From an uncultured virus (IMG/VR IMGVR_UViG_3300020213_000028) (Duplodnaviria > Heunggongvirae > Uroviricota > Caudoviricetes), in the IMG/VR virus record IMGVR_UViG_3300020213_000028: a stretch of 20,000 nucleotides of DNA. One strand, 5' to 3'. Of this stretch, positions 1 to 8,106 are shown in pieces (positions within the stretch are counted from its first letter, which is position 1; the number at the start of each line of letters is the position of its first letter). Below the pieces are notes generated by a model. The model saw only the letters and a program-made list of their open reading frames with translations. It ran no database searches and was not told the DNA's origin. The translations under genes and the position numbers were made by a program.

Positions 1-241
1 CCATGGCGGATTCGAGCCCAGACTTGACGTCGTAGACGCCGGCCTCGACCTGACGGCCCACGAAGCCGCGGTTCGCCATCGTGGCTTGCTCGTCGGTGAT
101 GCCCAGGGGCGCCTGCGTCACCTGGTCCATCATCGGCAGAGGGGCCGGCTCGGTCGACTGTGTCGGCGCGGCCATAGCGCGCTGCGCCTGGGCGTCCGCC
201 TGCTGGCGTTTGAACATGATGGTATCGAGTAGGCCGGCCAC
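1..241 (-). CDS. N-terminal part of a probable large internal virion/ejection protein (runs off the left edge)
   Basis: Not in the ORF track. GTG at 241 is preceded by GAAGGA and the frame stays open to position 1: MAGLLDTIMFKRQQADAQAQRAMAAPTQSTEPAPLPMMDQVTQAPLGITDEQATMANRGFVGRQVEAGVYDVKSGLESAM. Function is inferred from position only. Confidence 0.7.
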   Translation of the reverse strand, partial: MAGLLDTIMFKRQQADAQAQRAMAAPTQSTEPAPLPMMDQVTQAPLGITDEQATMANRGFVGRQVEAGVYDVKSGLESAM

Positions 242-284
242 GGTGTTTCCTTCAGGTAAAAGCTAAGGGGTCCTGCGTTTCACT

Positions 285-3050
285 TCACTCTGGCAGCTTC
301 CCAAAGGCGACCGGGTTCTTCTTCTTGATATGGGCCAGTTCCTCTTTGCTGTAGATTCGAGCGGCGGTAATACCACCCTGCTTGCCGTCGCGCACGAGCG
401 GCCGCCCTAGCACCGCGTCAGCGACCGCCGTCGGACGGCCGTTCTCCTGATAGATGTACTCGACGCGATCCATCAGGCCTTTAGTGGCCTGCGGATCAGT
501 AACCCCCGAGTCCGACCCGGGGGCGTTCCCCTTCACATTGGCGAACCCCATCTTGGCCGCCGACGAAATGTCCGCGAGATGGCTCCGCTGGTCGTCGGGG
601 TTGAGGTCCGCGTAGCGGCGCAGCTCGCCCGTCTTCGAGTCTTTGAACTGTTTCGTATTACCGATCGTCTTCATCTTGCCCACCAGCACCGCGGTCTGCT
701 GCGGGTTGAGCCCCTGCCCCGCGGCGTAGTCGCCCACCGTCTTGTCGATGCGGGCCTCGTTGTCTTTCTCGATCCCGCGCGCGGCCTCGGACTGCTTGTC
801 GAGGCGGGCCTGACCCTTCTCAGCCGTGGCGGCGTAGAGCTTCTCCAGCTCCACCCTGGCGTTCGCCGCGGCCACGTCCGCTGCGCCGCGCTGCGCCGAC
901 TTCTGCGCCGACTTCTGCGACGCCCGCGCGTCGGCGTTGTTCACCATCGAGGTGTGCGCTGCGAGCTCGGCGCCGTAGCGCTGGGTGTCCGCCTGGCCGA
1001 ACTGCGCCTGCTGCTGGCCCAGGTCCTTCAGCTGAGCGCGCATCTCCTTGCCCTCGGCCTTGGTGAACACGCCGCCGCGCAGGCGCTGCTGGATCCCAGC
1101 GATCGACGCCGCGGTCTGCGCCGTGGCGTCGGACGCCCGCATGGTAGGGGCGGACGGCAGCATGGCGCGCCGGCCGGACTCGGCCAGCGAGTCCTTGTAG
1201 TCCTGCACGTCCTGCGCCGTGGCGCCGCCGTACCCAGTAACAGCACCGGGTGCGTTGGTGCCCACGCCGGCGAAGTCGTTCATCTTGCCGCCCACGCCCC
1301 TGCTGCGGCCGAAGACTGATACGCCCGGCGTACCGAAGTCGCCCAGGTTCTGGTAGTCCTTGCTGCCCATGGCCATGCGCGCGCGGCGCGCGTCGTCGGT
1401 CGCCGGTCCAGCGCCGGCCTGCTGCGCCGGGGTGACACCCATCTTCTCGAACTCGGCCCGCTTGGCCGCGGAGACCGGGTCGATCGGTGCTGTCTCTACA
1501 GGCGGCGCAACTGCGCTCGGAGCACCTGGTGCGGAGTTCCCAGCACCGGGTGCGACGGGCTTCGAACCGGGTGCGACCGGGGCCGCGCGGGCGAAGCCGT
1601 CGACGAAGCTGCCGCCGCCAACAGCCTCGGCGATGCCCCGGCCGGCACGACTGGCGAGACCGAATGTCACGGCGTCGCCGGTGTTCTTGAGGAAATTCGT
1701 GGCGACCGTCGCGGCGTTCGCTTTGTCTGCCCCCACGCTTTGCGCGAACGCCTGGTGTTCCTCCGGACTGGCGGTCGCAGTCTCATAGGCACCGATGGCC
1801 GGAGCAAGCGCTGCCGAGGCTTTGCCCAGGCCTGCGACACCCTTCAAGGAGATCTTGGGATTAAAGACGCGCGCAAGGAGGCCGCGCTTGGGCGCAGCTG
1901 CTGAAGCAGCTGCCGGGGCGGCAGCGGCCGGGGCGGCAGCGGCCGGGGCGGCAGCGGCAGGCGCGGCCGGGGCTGCAGCGGCCCGGGCGGCAGCGACGGC
2001 GTCGTTCGCAGCATTGCCCGCAGCGGCTGCCTGCGTCGGCGGCAGCGTGCCGGCCCGGGTCGCTGCGGCCTGCGCGAGGCGCCCCTGCCCTGCCTGACCT
2101 GCCAGCTGCGGGTTGAGGCGCGCGCGGCGCTGCTCGATTGTTTCGCCCGGCACCGGGGTCTTGCTGTAGTCGATCTCTGGCACTTCGTTGACGATGTAGC
2201 CGCCAGCAGCGCGGCCGAACGTCGCCGCGGGCGGGCGACCGTCGTTGGTGGCCTGAACCATTGGGTCGAGTACGGCGGGGCCGCCGAGCTTCGCCGCGGT
2301 CTTGGCCGGCAGCACGTACTCGCCGTCGGACAGCATGGCGGGGATCTTGTCCTCGCGCGGGCCGCCCGGGCCGTCGACGGCGCCGCCGCCGGCGCGGCCG
2401 AAGATCAGCCGCTTGAGCTGCGTCATCGGCCGGTTGCCGCCAGTCGCATCGGTACGCACCGGTGCCGGCGCGGCAACCGGCGCGGCAACCGGCGCGGCAA
2501 CCGGCGCGGCAACCGGCGCGGGCGTACCGTTGACCGCAGCAGCTTCGGCCTCCTCCAGGCGACGGGGGCGAGCCTTGATCGCCTCAACTGCCTGGCCGAT
2601 CATGCCGCCGTCGGCCATCGGGTACCCGGAGGGCGAAAGCTTCTGGCTGTCGACCATCTGGTTCCAAGCCGCCGGGCTCTGCTGGTCGGTGGCGAGGATC
2701 CCGGACTTGTAGCCGCCAGGGGCGGCGGGCTGGCCGAAGGTCGCCGCCTTGGGCAGGTCGGGCACATACGGCGCCGCCGGGGTCACGGGCTTGGCGAGCG
2801 GCGGAGCCGCCGGGGCGACGGGAGCCGCCGGTGCGGCGATTGGGGCCGCAATCGGCGCAGTAGGTGCGGCGATTGGGGCGGCAGCGAGTGGAGCCACGGG
2901 CTTCTTGTACATGTCGGCCCACGGGCTCACCGAGCCGCCGCTGGCAAAGCTCTGCGCATGCCCGAAACAGGCCGCGTCGAGCTTGTCAGATGCGGCGGTT
3001 TTCTTCTGCCGCATGGCGCGGGCTTGAATGTCTTGTTCGCTCATCGCCAT
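285..3050 (-). CDS. Putative internal virion / DNA ejection protein, 921 aa, Ala/Pro-rich
   Basis: ATG with GAGGA RBS. Contains GGAVDGPGGPREDKIPAMLSDGEYVLP, the GGxVxGPG..D.IPAxLSxGExV motif typical of phage tape-measure and ejection proteins. Low-complexity linkers and a helical C-terminus. Confidence 0.7.
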   Translation of the reverse strand: MAMSEQDIQARAMRQKKTAASDKLDAACFGHAQSFASGGSVSPWADMYKKPVAPLAAAPIAAPTAPIAAPIAAPAAPVAPAAPPLAKPVTPAAPYVPDLPKAATFGQPAAPGGYKSGILATDQQSPAAWNQMVDSQKLSPSGYPMADGGMIGQAVEAIKARPRRLEEAEAAAVNGTPAPVAAPVAAPVAAPVAAPAPVRTDATGGNRPMTQLKRLIFGRAGGGAVDGPGGPREDKIPAMLSDGEYVLPAKTAAKLGGPAVLDPMVQATNDGRPPAATFGRAAGGYIVNEVPEIDYSKTPVPGETIEQRRARLNPQLAGQAGQGRLAQAAATRAGTLPPTQAAAAGNAANDAVAAARAAAAPAAPAAAAPAAAAPAAAAPAAASAAAPKRGLLARVFNPKISLKGVAGLGKASAALAPAIGAYETATASPEEHQAFAQSVGADKANAATVATNFLKNTGDAVTFGLASRAGRGIAEAVGGGSFVDGFARAAPVAPGSKPVAPGAGNSAPGAPSAVAPPVETAPIDPVSAAKRAEFEKMGVTPAQQAGAGPATDDARRARMAMGSKDYQNLGDFGTPGVSVFGRSRGVGGKMNDFAGVGTNAPGAVTGYGGATAQDVQDYKDSLAESGRRAMLPSAPTMRASDATAQTAASIAGIQQRLRGGVFTKAEGKEMRAQLKDLGQQQAQFGQADTQRYGAELAAHTSMVNNADARASQKSAQKSAQRGAADVAAANARVELEKLYAATAEKGQARLDKQSEAARGIEKDNEARIDKTVGDYAAGQGLNPQQTAVLVGKMKTIGNTKQFKDSKTGELRRYADLNPDDQRSHLADISSAAKMGFANVKGNAPGSDSGVTDPQATKGLMDRVEYIYQENGRPTAVADAVLGRPLVRDGKQGGITAARIYSKEELAHIKKKNPVAFGKLPE
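891..919. repeat. 12-bp tandem repeat (ctgcgccgactt x2.4), encodes QKSAQKSAQ
   Basis: Read directly from the sequence. Confidence 0.8.
1912..1956. repeat. 15-bp tandem repeat (gccggggcggcagcg x3), encodes AAAPA x3
   Basis: Three exact copies at 1912, 1927 and 1942. Confidence 0.9.
2465..2521. repeat. 12-bp tandem repeat (ccggcgcggcaa x4.75), encodes (VAAP)n
   Basis: Exact copies at 2465, 2477, 2489 and 2501, partial copy at 2513. Confidence 0.9.
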
Positions 3051-3052
3051 GG

Positions 3053-5035
3053 TTATTCCTCGTGGTTGTAGTTGTGCTGCACTGAATAGTTGTTGCTGGC
3101 AGTATTCGAATCCGACACGGCCGCGGACTTCGTCGCGCTCGCCTGCTTGTTTTCCGACGCACTGCCGGAGCTGGCGATCTGCGCGCCCACGCTGGTGCCC
3201 GCCATCGCGCCGGCGGCGAGGTTGGATGTGATCTGTCCGACCGCCTGCAGGCTCGACGCGTTGATCCGCGCGATCTCGATGATGTGCTGCACTCGCGCCT
3301 GGTAATTCGCCACCGACGCGGTGTAGCGTGCGACGACGTTGCGGGCGGCCTCGATCTGCGTGGTGATCTCCAAGCGCTTGACTTCGGTCTGGTACGTGCC
3401 CTCGGCCGCGGCGCGGCGCGTGGTGGCTTCAAACATCGAGGCGCCGGCCTGCACCGCGTTGAGCTGCTGGCCCGAGATCGTGCGCAGGCGGTCAAGCTCC
3501 TGCACCGCGTACTGGGTACGCAGCTTGTTGTTCTCGATCTGCACTTCCGAGCGCTTGAAGTAGACCTCGTTGATCTTGCCGATCGCCTCGACGCGGGACT
3601 TGAAGACCTGCGCGTTGGCGACTTCGAGGTCGGCCTTTTTGGCTTCACCACCGATGCGGGCGATGTAGGCGTCGAACTCCGTTTTCTTGCCGCCGACCGT
3701 TGCAACATAGCCGTCGATCTGGCCCTTGAACAGGTCGATCTTGCCGCGCTCGACATTGGCGCGCGCGACGGCCGCCTGCACCAGACCGGTGTAGGCGTCG
3801 ACCTGGGCCTTGAAGGCGTTGATCTTCGCCACGTAGGCGGCGATCAGCTGGTTGTCGACCTCGGCGATCAGGCGCTGCGCGTCGATCTGCGCCTTGAAGG
3901 ATTCGATCTGCGCAAGCGCGTACTGCAGGCCGACCTTGTACACCTCGATGCGCTGGGCGAAGATCGTCTGCTCGACGTTGAACGCGGCGACTTGTGCCTG
4001 GAAGATCTGGATCTGCGATTCCACCGCGAACTTCGCGAGCTGGAATGAGCGGTCGGTCACGGCGATGAAGATGTTGATGAGCAGGCCCTCGTAGGCGATG
4101 CCCTTCTCCACCGCGAACTGGCGGTTCTTCTGCTCGAGGTCCGCCTGCGCGATCGCGATGTCGCGGCCGAGCGTGCTGACCTTGGCGTTGCTGGCGTCGA
4201 GCGTGGCGATCACCGCTGCGCGCAGCTCGCCCGGCGGCAGGGTGTACCCGCGGCTGGCCCACTCACTGTCGGCCTCGCGCAGCGCCTTCACAGCGAGCAC
4301 GTCCTCCCGGCCGCGGGCGCGTTCCCAGATGGCGCGCTCGACATCGGCGGTGAGGCCGGTACCGCCGTCCATCATGGTGGTGAGCGTGTCCGTGACGCGC
4401 GTGCCGAACACCGACGTGTAGACAGGCTCAGCCCAGCCCACGAACGGATCAGGCACCTGGCCGGTGAACTGCGGCGCCGGCTCGTTGAACAGCGCGAGCG
4501 TCGGCGGGGTGAACGCCGGGATGGTCACGCCAGTCAGGTCGGGGATGTCGCCGTACGTGGCGACCGGCGCGTCCGGCGTGTCGAAGTCGAAGCTGACCAC
4601 AGGCGCCTGCGGCACCGTCGGCAGCACCAGCGGCGGCGGGTCGACGAAGGAGAGGCCAGTGATCAGAGGGACGTAGGTTGGGATGGTGCCGGTGACGTCA
4701 GGGATTACGATGTCGTCGAGGGTCAGATCGGCGCCGGCGCCCTGCGCGATTGTGCCGAAGTTGGGCGGCGTCACGTATCCCGGGGGCGTGAGCGCGCCGC
4801 CGAAGGTCGTGGTAATCGACGGCAGCACCGGCGGCTCCGGCAGGGCACTGGGGAACACGCCCTCCTGCAGCGCGGTGACCGCGTCGCGCGCGGCCTCTAG
4901 GGCTGAGTCCGCCTTGGCGTGCGCGACCTCGAGCATGCTCTGAACGGTTGCTTGCGTCTCGTCCATGAAACCATGCAGCGAGAATAGATCCTCGCCCTCG
5001 CCAGGACGGAAGAAGTCATTGATGTCGATTGCCAT
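3053..5035 (-). CDS. Putative phage virion/ejection protein, 660 aa: Pro-rich N-terminal region, long helical coiled coil, Ser-rich tail
   Basis: Long ORF with consistent codon bias. P-x-x-P-rich segment, then about 350 aa of Ala/Gln-rich heptad-like sequence. Sits in the structural operon. Confidence 0.7.
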   Translation of the reverse strand: MAIDINDFFRPGEGEDLFSLHGFMDETQATVQSMLEVAHAKADSALEAARDAVTALQEGVFPSALPEPPVLPSITTTFGGALTPPGYVTPPNFGTIAQGAGADLTLDDIVIPDVTGTIPTYVPLITGLSFVDPPPLVLPTVPQAPVVSFDFDTPDAPVATYGDIPDLTGVTIPAFTPPTLALFNEPAPQFTGQVPDPFVGWAEPVYTSVFGTRVTDTLTTMMDGGTGLTADVERAIWERARGREDVLAVKALREADSEWASRGYTLPPGELRAAVIATLDASNAKVSTLGRDIAIAQADLEQKNRQFAVEKGIAYEGLLINIFIAVTDRSFQLAKFAVESQIQIFQAQVAAFNVEQTIFAQRIEVYKVGLQYALAQIESFKAQIDAQRLIAEVDNQLIAAYVAKINAFKAQVDAYTGLVQAAVARANVERGKIDLFKGQIDGYVATVGGKKTEFDAYIARIGGEAKKADLEVANAQVFKSRVEAIGKINEVYFKRSEVQIENNKLRTQYAVQELDRLRTISGQQLNAVQAGASMFEATTRRAAAEGTYQTEVKRLEITTQIEAARNVVARYTASVANYQARVQHIIEIARINASSLQAVGQITSNLAAGAMAGTSVGAQIASSGSASENKQASATKSAAVSDSNTASNNYSVQHNYNHEE

Positions 5036-5039
5036 GAGG

Positions 5040-6185
5040 TCACCGCTTCCGGTTCGTCGTACCGAGTTCTAGGTGCGCGGAACTGATCTTGAAATCGTTC
5101 CCGTTCACATTGCTGAACTCGAAGCCGTAATACACAGAGTTGAACCCGCGCCCGAGCTGCGCGCGGTTGTTCTTCGCCTGCTCGGCGGTGGACAGATGCG
5201 TCGGGTAGATGAACTCGCCCTGCGCGCTCTTCACAGTCACGTTGATCTTGCCGTCGCTGGTGCCGGAGAGGATCATTCCATCCAGCACCTTGTTGTGTGG
5301 GTCGCCGAAATCCATGAGGCCGGTCATCACGCGCGCGTCGATGTCTCCGCCGGCGTCGGTGTCACCGGTGTCGATAATGTAGAGGCCGGCGTCGCCCACG
5401 CCGAGCAGGTACTCGCCGTGCTGCGCCAGCGAATTGAACGGGTACGCCGGAAAGCGCGCGCCGGCGGTCGTCTCGGTATTCATCCACAGCGCCGCGCCGG
5501 TGAGGTCCTCGACGAAGAAGTCGAAAGCCACACCGCGCGAAATGAGGTTCTGCGTAGCCACGAGGTGCTGCGCGGCTGCGTCTGTGGCGGCGGCGCGCTC
5601 AGTCACGTTGAGCGTCGGCGAGAACACGATCGCGACGGTGTCGGTGGCGTCGCCCGAAGAACTCAGTACTTCGTACGCGGCGAGGCCCGCGACGACGGCG
5701 TCGGTCGCCGCGGCGGTGGAACTTAGGTCGTTGGTGAATGAGATCTCGACCGCGTCGGTCGCAGCGGCGGTGCTGGTAAAAGCCGAGGTGAGCTCGATGC
5801 TGAGGGCGTCGGTGGCGTTCGCCGTCTCAGCGAGGGGCGTCTCCGCTGTCCCCACCAAGGTGTCGGTGGCGGCCGCCGTCTCGGCCACAACGGCTGTAAC
5901 CTGCTGCGTTACAGCATCCGAGGCCTGAGCGCGCTCTACCAGGTTCTCGGAAGTAATAACGTGTGCCGTTACTACTTCGGAGACGACCGCCGCCGCCGAG
6001 AGATTATGTAGGTGCTCCCCGACGAGCTCGTCCGTAGCCGCGCCCTCTGACGACAGGGCGAGAGCGACCGCAACGACAATAGCGCTCAGCGCGTTGGCGG
6101 TGTCACTCAGGGGCGAGTCAAGTTGGAACGCCAGGGCGTCGGTCGAAGCTCCACTTGACTCGAGTAGCTCACACGGATCCGGCAT
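5040..6185 (-). CDS. Putative tail structural protein, 381 aa: ~12 acidic L-x-[SE]-x-A-x-A-T-D repeats plus a C-terminal globular domain
   Basis: AGGAG RBS before ATG at 6185. Repeats are visible by eye. The C-terminal WMNTET..YPFNS..GLY..TGLMDFG region resembles the end of podovirus tail tube/stabilisation-type proteins (recalled resemblance, not searched). Confidence 0.65.
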   Translation of the reverse strand: MPDPCELLESSGASTDALAFQLDSPLSDTANALSAIVVAVALALSSEGAATDELVGEHLHNLSAAAVVSEVVTAHVITSENLVERAQASDAVTQQVTAVVAETAAATDTLVGTAETPLAETANATDALSIELTSAFTSTAAATDAVEISFTNDLSSTAAATDAVVAGLAAYEVLSSSGDATDTVAIVFSPTLNVTERAAATDAAAQHLVATQNLISRGVAFDFFVEDLTGAALWMNTETTAGARFPAYPFNSLAQHGEYLLGVGDAGLYIIDTGDTDAGGDIDARVMTGLMDFGDPHNKVLDGMILSGTSDGKINVTVKSAQGEFIYPTHLSTAEQAKNNRAQLGRGFNSVYYGFEFSNVNGNDFKISSAHLELGTTNRKR

Positions 6186-6209
6186 TAGTCCGCTCCTGCT
6201 CAGCCGGCG

Positions 6210-6229
6210 CCGCGGGAGTTACCCCGCGG
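6210..6229. other. Intergenic GC-rich hairpin without a U-tract
   Basis: ccgcggg (6210-6216) pairs with cccgcgg (6223-6229) around a 6-nt loop, inside the 58-nt gap between the 201-aa and 381-aa genes. Confidence 0.55.
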
Positions 6230-6243
6230 TTGTGCCGTGATCA

Positions 6244-6849
6244 TTAGGTCGAAGTCAGCGAGACCGTGTAGCCGATATTGAACAGATCGGCGTCGCTCAG
6301 CGAGCGCGCAGTGGCGAAGCGCGTGGCGGAGAACAGGACGCCGGTCGTGCCGCCGCGCACCGACGAGGACAGCAGGCCCACGCCGTTGACGGTGAGCGTC
6401 GTCGCCGTGACGATCGTGAACACGGCCTTGGAGGCGGTGTTGTTGATCGACGCCGCGGCAGCCGTGCTGTCTACGAATTCCTGGCGGGTCGCCTCGCTGT
6501 GGCCCTCGGTGAGGGACGTGATCTCGGAGGCGTTCGCCGTGAAGTTCGCAGCGGTCCAGGTGTTCACCGGGGAGATCGCGCCGGCGTACAGGGCGAGATA
6601 GAAGTTCGCGTATTTCGCCGTCGCGCCCAGGTACACGGCGAGCAGGCTGGTGAGCCCCTCGGTCGTCAGCAGGTTCGTGTCGGACTGCGGGTCGAGGCCG
6701 TTGACGTCGTGCTCGTACACGCCGCGAGCGACCATCTTGGAGGCCGGGAAGTACAGGCCGCCGTCGTCAGTCTGCTCGAACTTTAGATTGGAAAGGTCCC
6801 GAAGGAACTCGGGGGCGTGGTCGCGCAGGTCCTGAGTCAGGTTCAGCAT
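6244..6849 (-). CDS. Putative virion structural protein, 201 aa
   Basis: AAGGA RBS. NLLTTEG...FYLALY...WTAANF..ASEI pattern with a beta-rich C-terminus, typical of small phage tail/fibre subunits. Confidence 0.7.
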   Translation of the reverse strand: MLNLTQDLRDHAPEFLRDLSNLKFEQTDDGGLYFPASKMVARGVYEHDVNGLDPQSDTNLLTTEGLTSLLAVYLGATAKYANFYLALYAGAISPVNTWTAANFTANASEITSLTEGHSEATRQEFVDSTAAAASINNTASKAVFTIVTATTLTVNGVGLLSSSVRGGTTGVLFSATRFATARSLSDADLFNIGYTVSLTST

Positions 6850-6858
6850 GAGGTTCCT

Positions 6859-8106
6859 TTAGCTTAAGGTCGTGTCGGCCGCGTGCGCGGACCCGCTCAG
6901 ACCCATTGATTTTACAACAGAAATGACTTGCTTGATACCGCCGCGAGTCGTTACCAGCGAATTTGCCTCACCGGTGAAAGTCGCCTCTACCCGTTCGGCC
7001 TGGGGGGCCAGCGTCTGACCGTTGGGCAGGCCGAGGCAGAATCCAACTTTAGAGAGCCACACCGCTACGGCGCCGACGGTCGGGACGAACTTGGCGTTGA
7101 ACATCGCTCCCGGCGCCTTGGTGCCCGAGCCGCCGACCATCCCTTCGTCTGACGCCTGAAGAAGCTCGAAGGCGCCCGGGCCCTTCCCGGCCAGGAAGTA
7201 GACTTGCTCCTCCTGCCCCACAAAGATTCCGTTGTCCACCGGCACGACGCCGGTGATCTCCCCGGCGAAGCCGATCGACCCGGTGCGCAGCTGCCGCAGC
7301 CCGGGGTTGAACGGGTCGCTGTACTCGAGCCGGTTGCCCACAGCGACGTAGGTGCGGCCGTTGTAGTGGGTGATGAAGCGCCCGCCGGACAGCGGCCCCA
7401 GGAACTGATTGCGGGCCACGATGCTGAAGTCGGCTTGGGTCAAGAAGAAGATGTCCCCGGCCAGCACCTTGGCGACCAGCCGCAGCTCGGATTCGTTCGG
7501 CGGCGTCAGGTACAGGTTCACGTACTCGACGTAGCCGAAGTCCCACTTCACGTCGGCGACGATCAGGCCGCCTCCGGTGGAGTCGAGCCAGGTTGTGTCC
7601 GATAGTCCGGACTCCTCACCCAGGTCGTTGACCAAAGAATAAGACGCTCCGTAGCGTCCAGGCGCCAGCGAGCCGTTGGCGAAGGGGGAGACCGCCGGCC
7701 GGACCTCGGAGAGGTCGACGATGCCCGGCTTGCGCACCGCCAGCGTCGAGAGCACCTTGCCCACCAGCCCGGGCTGCGTGAACCAGACCTCGCCGTTCTC
7801 CTCGGAGTAGCCCACCGGCACGTCGGGTGTCAGGCCGGCGAACAGCGCCGTGAGGGCGAAGGCGCCCTCCTCCTCGGCCACCGAGTAGAGCGTCGCGCCC
7901 GCGGCGAGCAGCGTGATGCTCCCGCCCCACAGACTGTGCGCGCCGAGCGCGGCGGCCGCCAGCTCGTAGCCTCCGCGCCGGCGCACGCCGCCGTTGCGGT
8001 CGAACAGCACGTCGTCCGCGCGGCGCGCGGCGCCGGCGGGGAGCTCGGTCTCTTCCGACAGCACATCGAGGCCGCGCATGAACTTCGGTAGGGGTTGGGT
8101 TTTCAT
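6859..8106 (-). CDS. Putative tail hub/stabilisation (tail tubular B / P22 gp10-like) protein, 415 aa
   Basis: N-terminal GLD...LP.GA.R.A.DV.FD..G..RRR.GY motif and propeller-like segments (YNGRTYVA, YSDPF, GIFVG) resemble podovirus tail hub proteins. ATGA overlap with the upstream gene. Confidence 0.6.
   Translation of the reverse strand: MKTQPLPKFMRGLDVLSEETELPAGAARRADDVLFDRNGGVRRRGGYELAAAALGAHSLWGGSITLLAAGATLYSVAEEEGAFALTALFAGLTPDVPVGYSEENGEVWFTQPGLVGKVLSTLAVRKPGIVDLSEVRPAVSPFANGSLAPGRYGASYSLVNDLGEESGLSDTTWLDSTGGGLIVADVKWDFGYVEYVNLYLTPPNESELRLVAKVLAGDIFFLTQADFSIVARNQFLGPLSGGRFITHYNGRTYVAVGNRLEYSDPFNPGLRQLRTGSIGFAGEITGVVPVDNGIFVGQEEQVYFLAGKGPGAFELLQASDEGMVGGSGTKAPGAMFNAKFVPTVGAVAVWLSKVGFCLGLPNGQTLAPQAERVEATFTGEANSLVTTRGGIKQVISVVKSMGLSGSAHAADTTLS

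Noticed and set aside
285..3050. Calling the 921-aa protein a classical tape measure protein
   Set aside because: It shares only the short GPG..D.IPA.LS.GE motif. No tail tube, sheath or tail assembly chaperone gene is recognisable next to it.
6210..6229. Hairpin as a rho-independent terminator
   Set aside because: There is no U-tract on either strand, so it is kept only as a possible structural RNA element.
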